A stretch of 64,000 nucleotides of DNA, taken from IMG/VR virus record IMGVR_UViG_3300009162_000006. One strand, 5' to 3'. Shown here piece after piece: positions 34,430-43,807 of the stretch. How positions within the stretch are numbered: the stretch's first letter is position 1; every line of letters begins with the position of its first letter. A program made the position numbers and the translations under genes. The notes beneath the pieces were generated by a model, which saw only the letters and a program-made list of their open reading frames with translations, searched no databases and was not told where the DNA came from. Source of the stretch: an uncultured virus (IMG/VR IMGVR_UViG_3300009162_000006) (taxonomy: Duplodnaviria > Heunggongvirae > Uroviricota > Caudoviricetes).

Positions 34430-36889
34430 TCAGATATCACCGTCAAGCTCCGTATCACCCATCTCGCGCCAGACGTCGATCGTCTTCACGTTCCAGAGCG
34501 TGCTCCGGAGGCGACTGTGCTGGCCAGCGGCGAAGATCGAGACACCGTCGCGGACTTTGCCCGCGCTCTTGCGCAGGAGTATGCCGAGCTTGATCTCGTT
34601 GATCTCTTCTTCGTGCAGGAGCGCGCACGCGGCGTTGCGCAGGACCTCGACGTGCTCTAGCGCCTGGTCGTCCTTCTCCGCGAGCTCGCCGGGTCGCTGC
34701 ATGAGATCGAGCGCCTCCTTCACCGTCAGCGCCTTGCCCGAGAGCTTCACGAGCCACGCGAAACCGGTCACGAACTGCCGCGTGTACTCCGCGCGCGGAT
34801 CGGCGCGCGTCACGAGCTCGTCGCGCGTCGCGCCCGGGTCAGGGAAACCCGCGAAACGGAGCGCGCCGATCACGAACTCCGCCCACTCCTCGTAGCTGCC
34901 CCACGTCGAGACCTTCATGTCGGGGCAGTCCGCGACCACGTAAGCACGGAGCAAGATCAAGAGCGCGATGACGAACTCGGGACCGCGCACGTGGTCGAGC
35001 AGTTGCTTTTTCGTGCGCCGGAAGCTCGAGGCCAGGCGGCGGTCGGGGCGCTCGCTCTGCGCGTCGAGGCGCACAGGGCAGATCCTCCGCGCCATCGTCA
35101 GACCGATCGAGACGTTGTTCGCCGAGGCGTAGAACGTCGTCCGCAGGGGTCCCCGCCAGCTCGTGTTCTTGCCGAGGATGCGGTCGCTGTAGATCTCGAG
35201 CGTCAGCGCGTCCTCGAGCGGCGCGCCGCCGAGCTCGCCCTCGACGTTGCCGAACAGCACCACGCGCGAGCCCTCGATCGCGTGCGTGGTGATGCGCTTC
35301 CGCATCTCCGTCACGTCCTCGGTGAAGGTCTCTGACGCCGGCTGCTTGCCCGTGCCCATGAGCCCGCACGTGCGCGCGCAGAGATCCTTGCCCGTGCCGC
35401 CGTCCGGCGCCTCGAACAGGAACAGGGGCGCGGGACCGGTGAAGACCGAACGCGCGACAGGCGTGAGCGCCGCGGCGACCGCGGCGGACAGGTGCTCGGG
35501 CGAGGCGAAGGGGAAATCACCGAAGGCGTCCTCGATGAGCTCCCTCGCCGCGGCGACGTGCTCCCTCGCGGGCTTGTCCGGGACCTCGGGGTAGGGCGCG
35601 CTCGGCACGTAGAGCGCGCCCGTCGCCTCGTCGTAGCCCGGCTCGGCGAACACGGTGCCGTCCGGGCGTAGGATAGGACAGTCGGTGATCTGCGTGACCG
35701 TCTCGAGCTGCGACCAGTGCGCGCGGCAGGAGAGCGCCGAGACGACTTCCCGCGGCGGCAGGACGTGTTTCTCTCCCTTCGCCGAAGCCTTCACCCAGCG
35801 CGCGTGCGTGGAGACGATCTCCGTGAGTGTCGCGTCCGGCACCTCGACGAACACATGGTCGTCGCTCGCGTGCTCCACACGCACCAGGCGGTTACCGCGC
35901 ACGTAGATCTTCGAGAGGAAGTCCTTGCCCCCCTCCTTCGCCACCGCCCGCTCCGCCGCCGTAACCATCTTGCGCAAGTCACCGGTCACGAGGACGACGT
36001 TGTCGCGGATGTTGAGCCACTTCTTGACCCAGTCGACGAGGGTGTTGGTCAGGACCTCAGCGAGTTTCGGCCACGACGTCACCGGCTCCGCGAGGTCGAT
36101 CCGAGCGCGGGTCGACGCGACCGTCCGCTTGCGCTTCTCTCGGTCCTCGTCGCCCGCGAGGAAGCACACGGCGCAGATAAACGCCTCGACCTGGTCGTCC
36201 TCCCAGTGCGCCTCGAGCAGCGCTCCCGCGAGCGCGAGTTGGAGCTCGTGCCGGCCCTTCCTCGGCCAGTAGCGACCGAGCAGGGCCGCGGCGGCGAGCC
36301 GCCCCACCGCGCGCGAGAGCTCGTACGCCCGGACGTCCGCTGGCACGCCGGGCTCCTCGTTCTCGAACCGGACCTTCTCCCCGCTCGGGTGCACGGAGCC
36401 GGGGAAGACCGTCTGGCAGCCGTTGCCGCGGATCTCCACGAGCGTGCCGTGCTCCTGGTTCTCCGGCTTGAGCGGGTCGAAGAACTTCTCCGTCTTGACG
36501 CCCGGACACCGGTAGATCGCGTGCGACCGCGGCGCGCTCTGCCGCCCGAAACTCATCCCCGTCCGGGGGAGGAACCGGGCACCGATCCGGACCACCTCCT
36601 CGCAGTCGAGGTCGACGTCCACGAGCCCGTCGGAGGCGTCGCCGAGACGGATGCCTAAATTCTGCTGCGAGTTGCCCCAGTCGCGGTCCAGCGACGCTCG
36701 CGCGGTCTCGACCGTGCGGAGGTTCCACCCCTCGCCCGGGGCCTTCTGCCGGGGCGCTATGGGCAGCGGGACGTAACCACGGTCGAGGTACCAGGCCGCC
36801 TGCTCGGCCACGGTTGGGGGAAACGGGCGGGTCTTTGCCCTCCCCCCTGAGATCGCCCGGAGATCAGGCCCCCCTCCCTCGTTACCCAC
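34430..36889 (-). CDS. Primase-polymerase (Prim-Pol) fused to P-loop helicase-like domain
   Basis: NLGIRLG..GLVDVDLD, SH, QTVFPGSVHPSG; C-terminal GTGKD, ASANN. Confidence 0.85.
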   Translation of the reverse strand: MGNEGGGPDLRAISGGRAKTRPFPPTVAEQAAWYLDRGYVPLPIAPRQKAPGEGWNLRTVETARASLDRDWGNSQQNLGIRLGDASDGLVDVDLDCEEVVRIGARFLPRTGMSFGRQSAPRSHAIYRCPGVKTEKFFDPLKPENQEHGTLVEIRGNGCQTVFPGSVHPSGEKVRFENEEPGVPADVRAYELSRAVGRLAAAALLGRYWPRKGRHELQLALAGALLEAHWEDDQVEAFICAVCFLAGDEDREKRKRTVASTRARIDLAEPVTSWPKLAEVLTNTLVDWVKKWLNIRDNVVLVTGDLRKMVTAAERAVAKEGGKDFLSKIYVRGNRLVRVEHASDDHVFVEVPDATLTEIVSTHARWVKASAKGEKHVLPPREVVSALSCRAHWSQLETVTQITDCPILRPDGTVFAEPGYDEATGALYVPSAPYPEVPDKPAREHVAAARELIEDAFGDFPFASPEHLSAAVAAALTPVARSVFTGPAPLFLFEAPDGGTGKDLCARTCGLMGTGKQPASETFTEDVTEMRKRITTHAIEGSRVVLFGNVEGELGGAPLEDALTLEIYSDRILGKNTSWRGPLRTTFYASANNVSIGLTMARRICPVRLDAQSERPDRRLASSFRRTKKQLLDHVRGPEFVIALLILLRAYVVADCPDMKVSTWGSYEEWAEFVIGALRFAGFPDPGATRDELVTRADPRAEYTRQFVTGFAWLVKLSGKALTVKEALDLMQRPGELAEKDDQALEHVEVLRNAACALLHEEEINEIKLGILLRKSAGKVRDGVSIFAAGQHSRLRSTLWNVKTIDVWREMGDTELDGDI

Positions 36890-37690
36890 GAGAACCCCTC
36901 AAGAAAAGAGGAGTTGCATCAAAACGTGATTTCCGATAGCTTCCCGCGAGGCGGTCGAGCAGCGCCATTGCTCAGACTCCTGAAGGCCCTCGGTTCGCGC
37001 CCGGGGCCTTCTTCTTTTTTTGAAGGATCCTCCTTCTGCCTGAAGCCACCCCGGGGTGTCAAGTCTTCAGGTAGGAAAAGAGACGACCCCAAAAACCCGT
37101 GTAAAAGTATGTTCTCGCATAAACCCGTAATCACACAAGTTTTCAACCCTTCGCAGGCTATAAACCCGTAATCATTCAACATTTCAAAAAGTGCGAGGGG
37201 TTCAAAAACCAACCCCTCGCAGGTAAAAAACCCGTAATCATTCAGAATTCAGAAAAATGCGAAGGGTTGGAGGCTTTTTCCCTCGCGTGTCCCGGGAAAT
37301 TCACATGCGTGTGTCGTGTACGTACCAAATCATGTATTTTTCTTCACGTGGGGGGGTAAGAAAAGACCTTAAACCCCTCGCAAGCGCCATTTTTCCTACG
37401 CGATTCCGGGTTTTTAACCTGCGAGGGGTTTGAGAATAAACCCTTCGCAGGGGGTAATAAAAGATCAATGATCTTGAGTTTTTGACTTGCGAAGGGTTCA
37501 AAACGTCAACCCTTCGCACCCTTCGCAGAACTGAATGATTCCGTGTTTTTTCATTTTGAGGTTTTTCACTTTTTTTATTGGGCGGTGGGCCGAGATCAGT
37601 ACTGAAAGGGTGTACCGTTGAAGTGTTACTTTAAGGATCGGAGGGTCGCGGGCCGGTTTTTTGACCAGTGGGCCGACACCACTTGCCCTC
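36890..37690. repeat. AT-rich non-coding region with inverted AACCC(C/T)TCGCA iterons; candidate replication origin
   Basis: Motif or its complement near 37145, 37192, 37211, 37258, 37372, 37420, 37439, 37488 and 37508; aaacccgtaatca near 37121, 37162 and 37228; directly upstream of the primase. Confidence 0.75.
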
Positions 37691-37718
37691 ATCAGCGCCC
37701 CCGTCCTAGGCTCTCCTC

Positions 37719-37898
37719 ATGCAGGTCTACCTCGCCCCACTCGTCGCCCTCGTCGGTCTGATCCTCTATCTGCTCGCTGGCTCCGGTACCCCGCCAAGCG
37801 TGCCGCCGAAGCTCAGCACGATCGGCCTCATCATGTTCGCGGCCGGGCTGCTCGCGGCGTTGCTGCGCCTCGACGCGAGCTCGTTCAAGCTGCACTAG
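37719..37898 (+). CDS. Small two-TM membrane protein (59 aa)
   Basis: Not in the ORF track: MQVYLAPLVALVGLILYLLAG...IGLIMFAAGLLAALLRL; TAGGCT 6 nt upstream. Confidence 0.65.
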   Translation: MQVYLAPLVALVGLILYLLAGSGTPPSVPPKLSTIGLIMFAAGLLAALLRLDASSFKLH

Positions 37899-38098
37899 AA
37901 TGGGATCGGCCCCGTCGGTTCGCCAGCGTCGTCGACTGCTGGCCCGGCGTCCCTCGGCTCGTCGCAGAGGATGATCATGCGCTGGGGCGGCTCGTAGGGC
38001 AGCACCTCGTCGATCTCGTAGCAGCGCGGGCAAGCGGGCGGCGGCTGGCTCGACGCGCAGGAAAGGGCAGCCAGGGCGAGGAATGCGTACTTCTTCAC
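37895..38098 (-). CDS. Small lipoprotein
   Basis: (M)KKYAFLALAALSC lipobox-like start. Confidence 0.55.
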   Translation of the reverse strand: MKKYAFLALAALSCASSQPPPACPRCYEIDEVLPYEPPQRMIILCDEPRDAGPAVDDAGEPTGPIPF

Positions 38099-38352
38099 GG
38101 CGACTCCTTCGGCGCGCTGGCGGCGTGGGTTGCTAGTCCCCACTCCCGTACGAGCCTTCTCCTGTCGAACCCGACGGCCTCGAGCCGGCGCAGGTACTGC
38201 TGCAGGATGCCGCGCCGGATCTCCTTGTCGTGAGCGGTTATCGAGAGCGTGAGTCCGCCCGGACCTCGCCAGTAGCTGTGCCCGCTCGAGCGGCGCGGCA
38301 GTTCCGCGAAGCCGTTCCATTTCAGCCAACGTTCAAGTTCTCTTCGTTCCAT
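38095..38352 (-). CDS. HicA-like mRNA interferase
   Basis: RELERWLKWNGF...SGHSYW...ITAHDKEIRRGILQQYL. Confidence 0.65.
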   Translation of the reverse strand: MERRELERWLKWNGFAELPRRSSGHSYWRGPGGLTLSITAHDKEIRRGILQQYLRRLEAVGFDRRRLVREWGLATHAASAPKESP

Positions 38353-38707
38353 TTTTCCTCCGGTCGTTGCTCAGCGCCGCTCGATACAGGTCGCGGCGCT
38401 GGTAGTGGGTCGAGGTCCTGAGCCAGAGCGCTCCGCCGCCGCGCGGCTCTCGGCCGCAGAGCACGCCGACGTCCGCGCCGCAGTGCGGGCAGTGGCAGGC
38501 GTCCACGCAGGCGTGCGTGACGAGGTAGCAGCGGTGACCGACTTTGATCATGGTCTCGGTTGGTTTCAAAGTCCGCCACGGAACGTGCACCTTCTCGAAC
38601 GCGCAGGGTCGGTAGCAGTATCTCAGGTGCGGGCGTTTGCCGGAGACGACGAGCTCGTAGCAAACGAAGTTCTGAGTCACGACGAAGAGGTAGGTCGGGA
38701 GTCTCAC
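38333..38707 (-). CDS. Hypothetical Cys/His protein
   Basis: CPHCGA..GVLC...HYQR. Confidence 0.5.
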   Translation of the reverse strand: MRLPTYLFVVTQNFVCYELVVSGKRPHLRYCYRPCAFEKVHVPWRTLKPTETMIKVGHRCYLVTHACVDACHCPHCGADVGVLCGREPRGGGALWLRTSTHYQRRDLYRAALSNDRRKNGTKRT

Positions 38708-38922
38708 CGCATCACCACGCACGTGGGCACGTTCGGGTTACCTGAGCTTCCCACGGCGACGAGCCGTGCTTCGTGGTAGTAGCGGTACCTGAACCCACCA
38801 CGCTTGCCCCAGTGACCGCACGACATGATCATGCCGCAGTGTGAGCAGATCCAACGAGAGCACTCGTCAGGGAATTTGATCTTGATTTGTTGGTAAAGGT
38901 GGCGTTTGCCGCGGCCGCTCAT
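38704..38922 (-). CDS. Hypothetical protein
   Basis: Coupled ORF. Confidence 0.45.
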   Translation of the reverse strand: MSGRGKRHLYQQIKIKFPDECSRWICSHCGMIMSCGHWGKRGGFRYRYYHEARLVAVGSSGNPNVPTCVVMR

Positions 38923-39149
38923 TTATTCCTTGCCTTGAAGCAACCGAAGCACACGCGAGGCTCATGCGCTTTCAGGTCGTCGGTCGTGATCGCGCGCTTA
39001 GCTTCGCGGTTGATCGCGATGTTGAGCTTGCGCAGTTCGTCGTCGCAGAACTGGAACGCGAACTGGGCCGCTTCGCGAGTCGCGTACCAACCAGGCATCC
39101 AGACGTGGCGGGAGCTGATGACGAAACCGTCGGAGAGTTCGTGGATCAC
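38919..39149 (-). CDS. Hypothetical protein
   Basis: Coupled ORF. Confidence 0.5.
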   Translation of the reverse strand: MIHELSDGFVISSRHVWMPGWYATREAAQFAFQFCDDELRKLNIAINREAKRAITTDDLKAHEPRVCFGCFKARNK

Positions 39150-39424
39150 AACACCCCCGCCTCTCTCAGCACCGCGATGGCGTCGCCTACGCTATCGCCA
39201 GTATCGACGAGCATCGCGACCGAGACGCGGGAGGCCAAGTCCAGGAGCCGACACTCGATAGACCTCAATAGTTTGAGCTTGAACTCTTGCTGCTCTTCAG
39301 GGGCCAGCGTCTCGACGTGTGCGTAGCCCACGTTGATCAACCCCTCGACCGTGTCAGCCAGGTGCAGGGAGCAGGCGGTCACCCAGTCCCTGATCATGTC
39401 ATCGTCGTTCATGTTGCTCCTCAC
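39146..39424 (-). CDS. Hypothetical protein
   Basis: Coupled ORF. Confidence 0.5.
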   Translation of the reverse strand: MRSNMNDDDMIRDWVTACSLHLADTVEGLINVGYAHVETLAPEEQQEFKLKLLRSIECRLLDLASRVSVAMLVDTGDSVGDAIAVLREAGVL

Positions 39425-39738
39425 TTACCCGGCGGCTTCGCCGGCCGTTTCATTTCGCCGCGCTCCCACGGCAGCTGCGTCACGACCTTGGACCGGTGCT
39501 TTGCCTGCTCCTCGGGCGTCATGCTCGAGAACACGTTTTCCGCCGCGGGTGAGAGCAGGCCGAGCTTCTTCGCGACGCCGCGGATCCAGTCGCTCTGTCG
39601 CTGGGAGAGCGGCCACTTCTGGTCGGAGATCTCGGTGAACGCGACGAGCTGCTCCTCGGTAAGGTCGTTCTCGCGTTCCTTGAGCATCACCTCAAGAAGG
39701 TCGCGGTCGACGATCTCGGAGTCCTTCATCTTGCTCAT
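39421..39738 (-). CDS. Hypothetical protein
   Basis: Start MSKMKD at 39738; coupled. Confidence 0.55.
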   Translation of the reverse strand: MSKMKDSEIVDRDLLEVMLKERENDLTEEQLVAFTEISDQKWPLSQRQSDWIRGVAKKLGLLSPAAENVFSSMTPEEQAKHRSKVVTQLPWERGEMKRPAKPPGK

Positions 39739-40340
39739 CAGTCCGTCCTCTGCCCGCAATGCAGGCACGTGCTCGTGGCCCAGTGCGCGACGCACCTCTC
39801 GTGAGTCAGCGGCGAAATCAGCGACACGGTCTCGTCACCGGCCCAGCACATCTTGTCACCCGGGTAGATCGTGATGCGGCAGCACGCGCACGTGAGCTTG
39901 TTCGGGTACGTGAGCGCCGGGCAGGTCGCGGTCCAGACGCGGCGGGTCTGCGGCTTGTTCCTGTTCTTTTTGAGGTAGTCGCAGACGGCGCAGTGCGCGT
40001 CGATCGGTATCCCGTGCGGGCACGTCTCGAACCCCGGACGCGCGGCTCGCTTCTTCCTCGGACGTCCTCGCGTTTTGCTCTTTTGCGCGGCTTCCGCGGC
40101 CCAGGGGCGTCTTTGGTCGTTTCTGAAGATCATGTCGAGGATGTCCTCGACAGCCGGTCCGAAGGGCCCATACGGGCTGTGACCCGAGGGGATGAACCTC
40201 GGCGCCGTCCCCTTCTCCACGAGCTTGATCTCGTGCTCGCGGATGAGACGCAATGCGATGACGGCGCTCGTCCGTGCCTCCTCGACGGGCGTGTCGGGGT
40301 GCACCGCCCTCGCGATGAGCGCTTCTATTTTCGGTAGCAC
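39738..40340 (-). CDS. DUF2786-like N-terminus plus Cys-rich C-terminus
   Basis: KIEALIARAVHPDTPVEEARTSAVIALRLIREH. Confidence 0.5.
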   Translation of the reverse strand: MLPKIEALIARAVHPDTPVEEARTSAVIALRLIREHEIKLVEKGTAPRFIPSGHSPYGPFGPAVEDILDMIFRNDQRRPWAAEAAQKSKTRGRPRKKRAARPGFETCPHGIPIDAHCAVCDYLKKNRNKPQTRRVWTATCPALTYPNKLTCACCRITIYPGDKMCWAGDETVSLISPLTHERCVAHWATSTCLHCGQRTD

Positions 40341-40342
40341 GC

Positions 40343-40603
40343 TCAGGACACCCTCCGCACGACCGGCAGCCACATCCGGATGTTCACGCGGCCGTTCGTC
40401 GCCTTCTCGATCTTATCGGCGTACGCGACCGTGATCTTCTGCCCGCGCCCTCGGAGCCCCTTCACGATCTTGCCGATGTCGGCGGGGTCGAGCTTGTTCT
40501 CGCGCGCGAACGCGGCGATCGAGCCGTGGAAGTTTTGGTCGATGTAAGTGCGCAGCGCGATGATCGCGGGCACGACTACGATCAGCTCTGGTTTTTCTGT
40601 CAC
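40343..40603 (-). CDS. Cro/XRE-type HTH protein
   Basis: SIAAFARENKLDPADIGKIVKG...ADKIEKATNGRV...W. Confidence 0.6.
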   Translation of the reverse strand: MTEKPELIVVVPAIIALRTYIDQNFHGSIAAFARENKLDPADIGKIVKGLRGRGQKITVAYADKIEKATNGRVNIRMWLPVVRRVS

Positions 40604-40908
40604 GGGTACCTCTCTCGGATGATCTCCTCGGCGAGCGGCCTCCGGATGATCACGTTCGGCCACGGCACGCCGTAGCCACACTTCCAGCGCCGGTCCCACC
40701 GGCACTCGACGCCGGGCACGTCGTCGCAGACGAGCGTCGCAGACCAGCCGCACTCCGGCGGCGGGATCGCCACCCCTCGCTTCATGGCGACGGCGACGTG
40801 CGTGCTCGCGGCGTAGCCGACGATCGCCACGAAGGCCAAGGAGAACGAGAACAAGAGGACGATGAACGTGTCCTTGCCCTTTACGCGGTATTCGGGCGGT
40901 GGTTTCAT
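40600..40908 (-). CDS. Membrane-anchored hypothetical protein
   Basis: N-terminal TM FIVLLFSFSLAFVAIVGYAA. Confidence 0.5.
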   Translation of the reverse strand: MKPPPEYRVKGKDTFIVLLFSFSLAFVAIVGYAASTHVAVAMKRGVAIPPPECGWSATLVCDDVPGVECRWDRRWKCGYGVPWPNVIIRRPLAEEIIRERYP

Positions 40909-41093
40909 CGATACCTCATCGCGAGATCGGCGATCCGTATTGCTCGACCAAGTGTGAACTGGGCGCTCCTCGCGCAATCAGCCATGTAAGCGAGGTCGTT
41001 CTGCAGTTGCCAGATCTCCCACATCTTCTGCTGCATCAACCAGAGCTGCTGCGCGCGGTACGCGGCGGCGATCACTTCGGGAGTGGGTCTCAC
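40905..41093 (-). CDS. Hypothetical protein
   Basis: Fills the gap with 4-nt overlaps. Confidence 0.4.
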   Translation of the reverse strand: MRPTPEVIAAAYRAQQLWLMQQKMWEIWQLQNDLAYMADCARSAQFTLGRAIRIADLAMRYR

Positions 41094-41353
41094 GGCTTCG
41101 CCCACGGGTTGGCGAGGTCGACGCTCGGCGTCGGGTACTCGACGAGCGACGTCGCCGTCGGGCTCTTGCGCCTCGCCTCGATGAAGCGGGCGATCGCGCG
41201 GTCGACGGCGACCTCTAGGTTCGGGTCGGCGACGATCACGACGGTCTTGTCCGCCTCGCGCGTGAGCGTCGCCACGCACATGCGGTGCTTCGAGCTCAGC
41301 CGGAGCTCGGCGCCGAGGGTGATGAGGACTTGGTGCAGGTCGGTCATGTTCAT
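41090..41353 (-). CDS. Hypothetical protein
   Basis: Coupled ORF. Confidence 0.5.
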   Translation of the reverse strand: MNMTDLHQVLITLGAELRLSSKHRMCVATLTREADKTVVIVADPNLEVAVDRAIARFIEARRKSPTATSLVEYPTPSVDLANPWAKP

Positions 41354-41571
41354 TTGCGGTTGCTCTTTCTCTTCGCTTTGGTCAGCGCGCCGCGGAGCGA
41401 GGCCACGGCGCGGTCGTGCTTGTTCGCCTCTTCGACGAGCCGGTCGATTCTGTCCTGCGCGCACGTCGGGCACGTGCCACTGACGGCGTTCTCGTGAGCC
41501 CAGTAGCGCCCGCACTCGTAGCAGCGCTGCACGGCGAGCGTGATGTCGACGCGGTGCTCGAACGTGGCCAT
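41350..41571 (-). CDS. Zn-ribbon plus coiled-coil small protein
   Basis: CYECG...CPTC, then a coiled coil. Confidence 0.55.
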   Translation of the reverse strand: MATFEHRVDITLAVQRCYECGRYWAHENAVSGTCPTCAQDRIDRLVEEANKHDRAVASLRGALTKAKRKSNRK

Positions 41572-42251
41572 CAGAACCTCCCCGGCACGTGCACGTAGCC
41601 GATCTGCGAGAACGTGTTCGTGAACCGGTCGAGCATCGGGAGCTCGTACTCGTTCTTCATCACCAGCACGATCACGTTCCCGTGCGTCGGCTGGTCGCCG
41701 GGGTGCCTGACCCCGTGCTCGTCCTCGGTCTCGAACCGGATGCGCTGCTTCGGGATCGAGCAGGGGAAGTCGAGCGGCTGTCGTCCAGCGAAGGTCTGCG
41801 CGGACTGCAAGAGCTCGAGGGAGAAGCCGAGGAACACGGCGCACGCGACGCGCCCGGCGTCGAACTCGTGCACGAGCTTGTGCCACCAGAAGACCGCGGA
41901 GCTCTCGACGCCCGAGTGCTTGTGTCCGGGCGGGAGCCCGCACTCCCCCGACTCAGTGCACCCAGGGCGCTTTTTACTTCGTCGAAGGACTTCTCGCCCG
42001 CACTCGTCCACCAGACCACCAGGAGGGTTCGTAAAGCATTTCGACGGAGAGCCGTCCAGATTCCACCAGTTTTGGAAGAGACCATTGTCAGCTTTCGTAA
42101 AAATTCGTTGGGCACGCACGGTGCGGTTCGCAGCGAGGCTCGACGCCGGATCGAGATCGATGCCGCCCATCACGTAGTGACTCCAATCCGTGAGCCACTG
42201 CGGCGTTAGGAACTCGGAGTTTTTGGAGCTGTGGCGGATGTTAGCGGCCAT
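41571..42251 (-). CDS. Phage DNA methyltransferase (N6-adenine type)
   Basis: EFLTP, IDLDPAS, DNGL..W, FTNPPGG, RIRF motifs. Confidence 0.75.
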   Translation of the reverse strand: MAANIRHSSKNSEFLTPQWLTDWSHYVMGGIDLDPASSLAANRTVRAQRIFTKADNGLFQNWWNLDGSPSKCFTNPPGGLVDECGREVLRRSKKRPGCTESGECGLPPGHKHSGVESSAVFWWHKLVHEFDAGRVACAVFLGFSLELLQSAQTFAGRQPLDFPCSIPKQRIRFETEDEHGVRHPGDQPTHGNVIVLVMKNEYELPMLDRFTNTFSQIGYVHVPGRF

Positions 42252-42657
42252 CTTTGCCGACCCCGCAGTCGAGGCAGCTGTTGAGCCCGCCGTCCCAGTG
42301 CTCGTGCTCGCACGCGGCTTGGTGCTTGAGCGTGCACGCCAGGCAGCGCCCGCTGAAGCCGTTGGCCACGCAGCGCCTGCAGTCGAAGCAGAGCGGCTTC
42401 GGCGCGAACGTGTGCCAGAGTATCCCGTGGCGCATGCTCTCCTTGAGCCAGATCTCGAGCACCGGGTCATGCTCGATGTCCGTAGTGAGATTGAGCAGCA
42501 AGCGCTCGCACTGGCGCAGGTCAGCCTCGAGCACCGCCATCGACGTCATCTGGTCGCGGACGATCTTCTTCAAGATCGACTCGCGGATCGCAGCGACCCA
42601 GCGGCGCAGCGACCGGCGGAGTCGTTCGTTCTCTCTGAGTTTCTTTAGATCGGTCAT
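42241..42657 (-). CDS. Cys-rich hypothetical protein
   Basis: Start MTDLKK; several CxxC. Confidence 0.5.
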   Translation of the reverse strand: MTDLKKLRENERLRRSLRRWVAAIRESILKKIVRDQMTSMAVLEADLRQCERLLLNLTTDIEHDPVLEIWLKESMRHGILWHTFAPKPLCFDCRRCVANGFSGRCLACTLKHQAACEHEHWDGGLNSCLDCGVGKDGR

Positions 42658-43484
42658 CACTTCTGCCCTCGCTTCGCTGCCTGGCGCTCGTAGTAGCTCA
42701 CGCGCTTCGCCCAGCGAGCTCGCACCGTCTTCGCGAGCGCGAGCTTCTTCTCGGCCTTGCGTAGCATCGCGACCGCGTGCGAGGCGCGCTTCTCGACGCG
42801 CTCTTGCACGAGCTCGGCGCGGGGTTTCTTGACCGCAGGCAGCGGCTCGAACCCGTCCAGGATCAGCCTGCCGGCAGCGTTCATCTTTTTGAGCTCGTCG
42901 ACGATGATCACCCCCATCTTGTACGAGGCGTTCTGGTAGCCGTCGCGCTCGACGTCGATCGGCACATCGATGTCCCACGCCTCGCGCACGGCTCGCTGGA
43001 ACACGCGGCGGAACCGCTCGTCGTGCCCGTGCCTCGGCGTCGCGAGGTGGCAGAGCTCGTGGATCACGACCTCGAGCACGCGCTCGGGGGTCGTCGAGGG
43101 CCCGCCGTAGACGCGAACGCGACCGGCGTACGTGCGAGCCCGGCGTTTCCGCCGGAGGAAGCGCTTGAGGGACTCCGGCATGAGCTGCGAGACGTCGATC
43201 TCGGGCACGAAGAACGATCGCGCGTGACCGCCGCAGCCGCCCTCGGCGCGGTGGCCGACCTCGACCTCGATCCGGCGCTTGCCGAGCGCCTCGAAGAGCA
43301 CCGGCACCGTGCGGAGCTTCGCGACTGCTCGGTCGACGTCCACGCCCGCGAGCGCGCGCGGCGATTCGCGTCGGCGCTTGGCGGCGGCACGTTGTCGGCA
43401 GCGGAGGCAGAAGGTTTCAACATCACCACCGCTGAGAATTCGGATCAGCGTCGCCCCGCACTTGGGGCAGAGTTCGTCGTTCAC
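42657..43484 (-). CDS. SprT-like zinc metalloprotease domain protein
   Basis: VVIHELCHLATPRHGHDERF. Confidence 0.7.
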   Translation of the reverse strand: MNDELCPKCGATLIRILSGGDVETFCLRCRQRAAAKRRRESPRALAGVDVDRAVAKLRTVPVLFEALGKRRIEVEVGHRAEGGCGGHARSFFVPEIDVSQLMPESLKRFLRRKRRARTYAGRVRVYGGPSTTPERVLEVVIHELCHLATPRHGHDERFRRVFQRAVREAWDIDVPIDVERDGYQNASYKMGVIIVDELKKMNAAGRLILDGFEPLPAVKKPRAELVQERVEKRASHAVAMLRKAEKKLALAKTVRARWAKRVSYYERQAAKRGQK

Positions 43485-43675
43485 TTCGGCCTCCGCGTAG
43501 CGAGTTCGAGGTCACGGCGCAGCTGCTGTGCGGCTTCGATGCAGCGGTTCACGAGTGGGCGTGTCTGCTCCTTCTCGCTCGCGGCGAGCCCGAGAGCTCG
43601 CGCGATGCGGAGGAGGTCCGGCTTGCAGACCTGGCGCGTCGGTTGGTAGTTTTTCAGGCTGGTGTTGGTGCTCAT
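43481..43675 (-). CDS. Hypothetical protein
   Basis: Coupled ORF. Confidence 0.45.
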   Translation of the reverse strand: MSTNTSLKNYQPTRQVCKPDLLRIARALGLAASEKEQTRPLVNRCIEAAQQLRRDLELATRRPK

Positions 43676-43807
43676 GGATCAGTGCTCTACGCTTGTCTCG
43701 CCAGGGACTACGGAATCACTCGTCCCTGACCTGCCGCGCCTGCGATTCCAGCGGCACTCGGAGGCCTTCATCCAGTCAAAAGACTGTCCGGTTACTCCCA
43801 GTTCCTT

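Noticed and set aside
36914..37692. Short ORFs in the AT-rich region
   Set aside because: They run through the iteron repeats, have atypical composition and no recognisable motifs; treated as non-coding.
43676..43807. tRNA or hammerhead ribozyme
   Set aside because: No cloverleaf or T-loop, and no exact CUGANGA/GAAA core; kept only as a low-interest structured segment.
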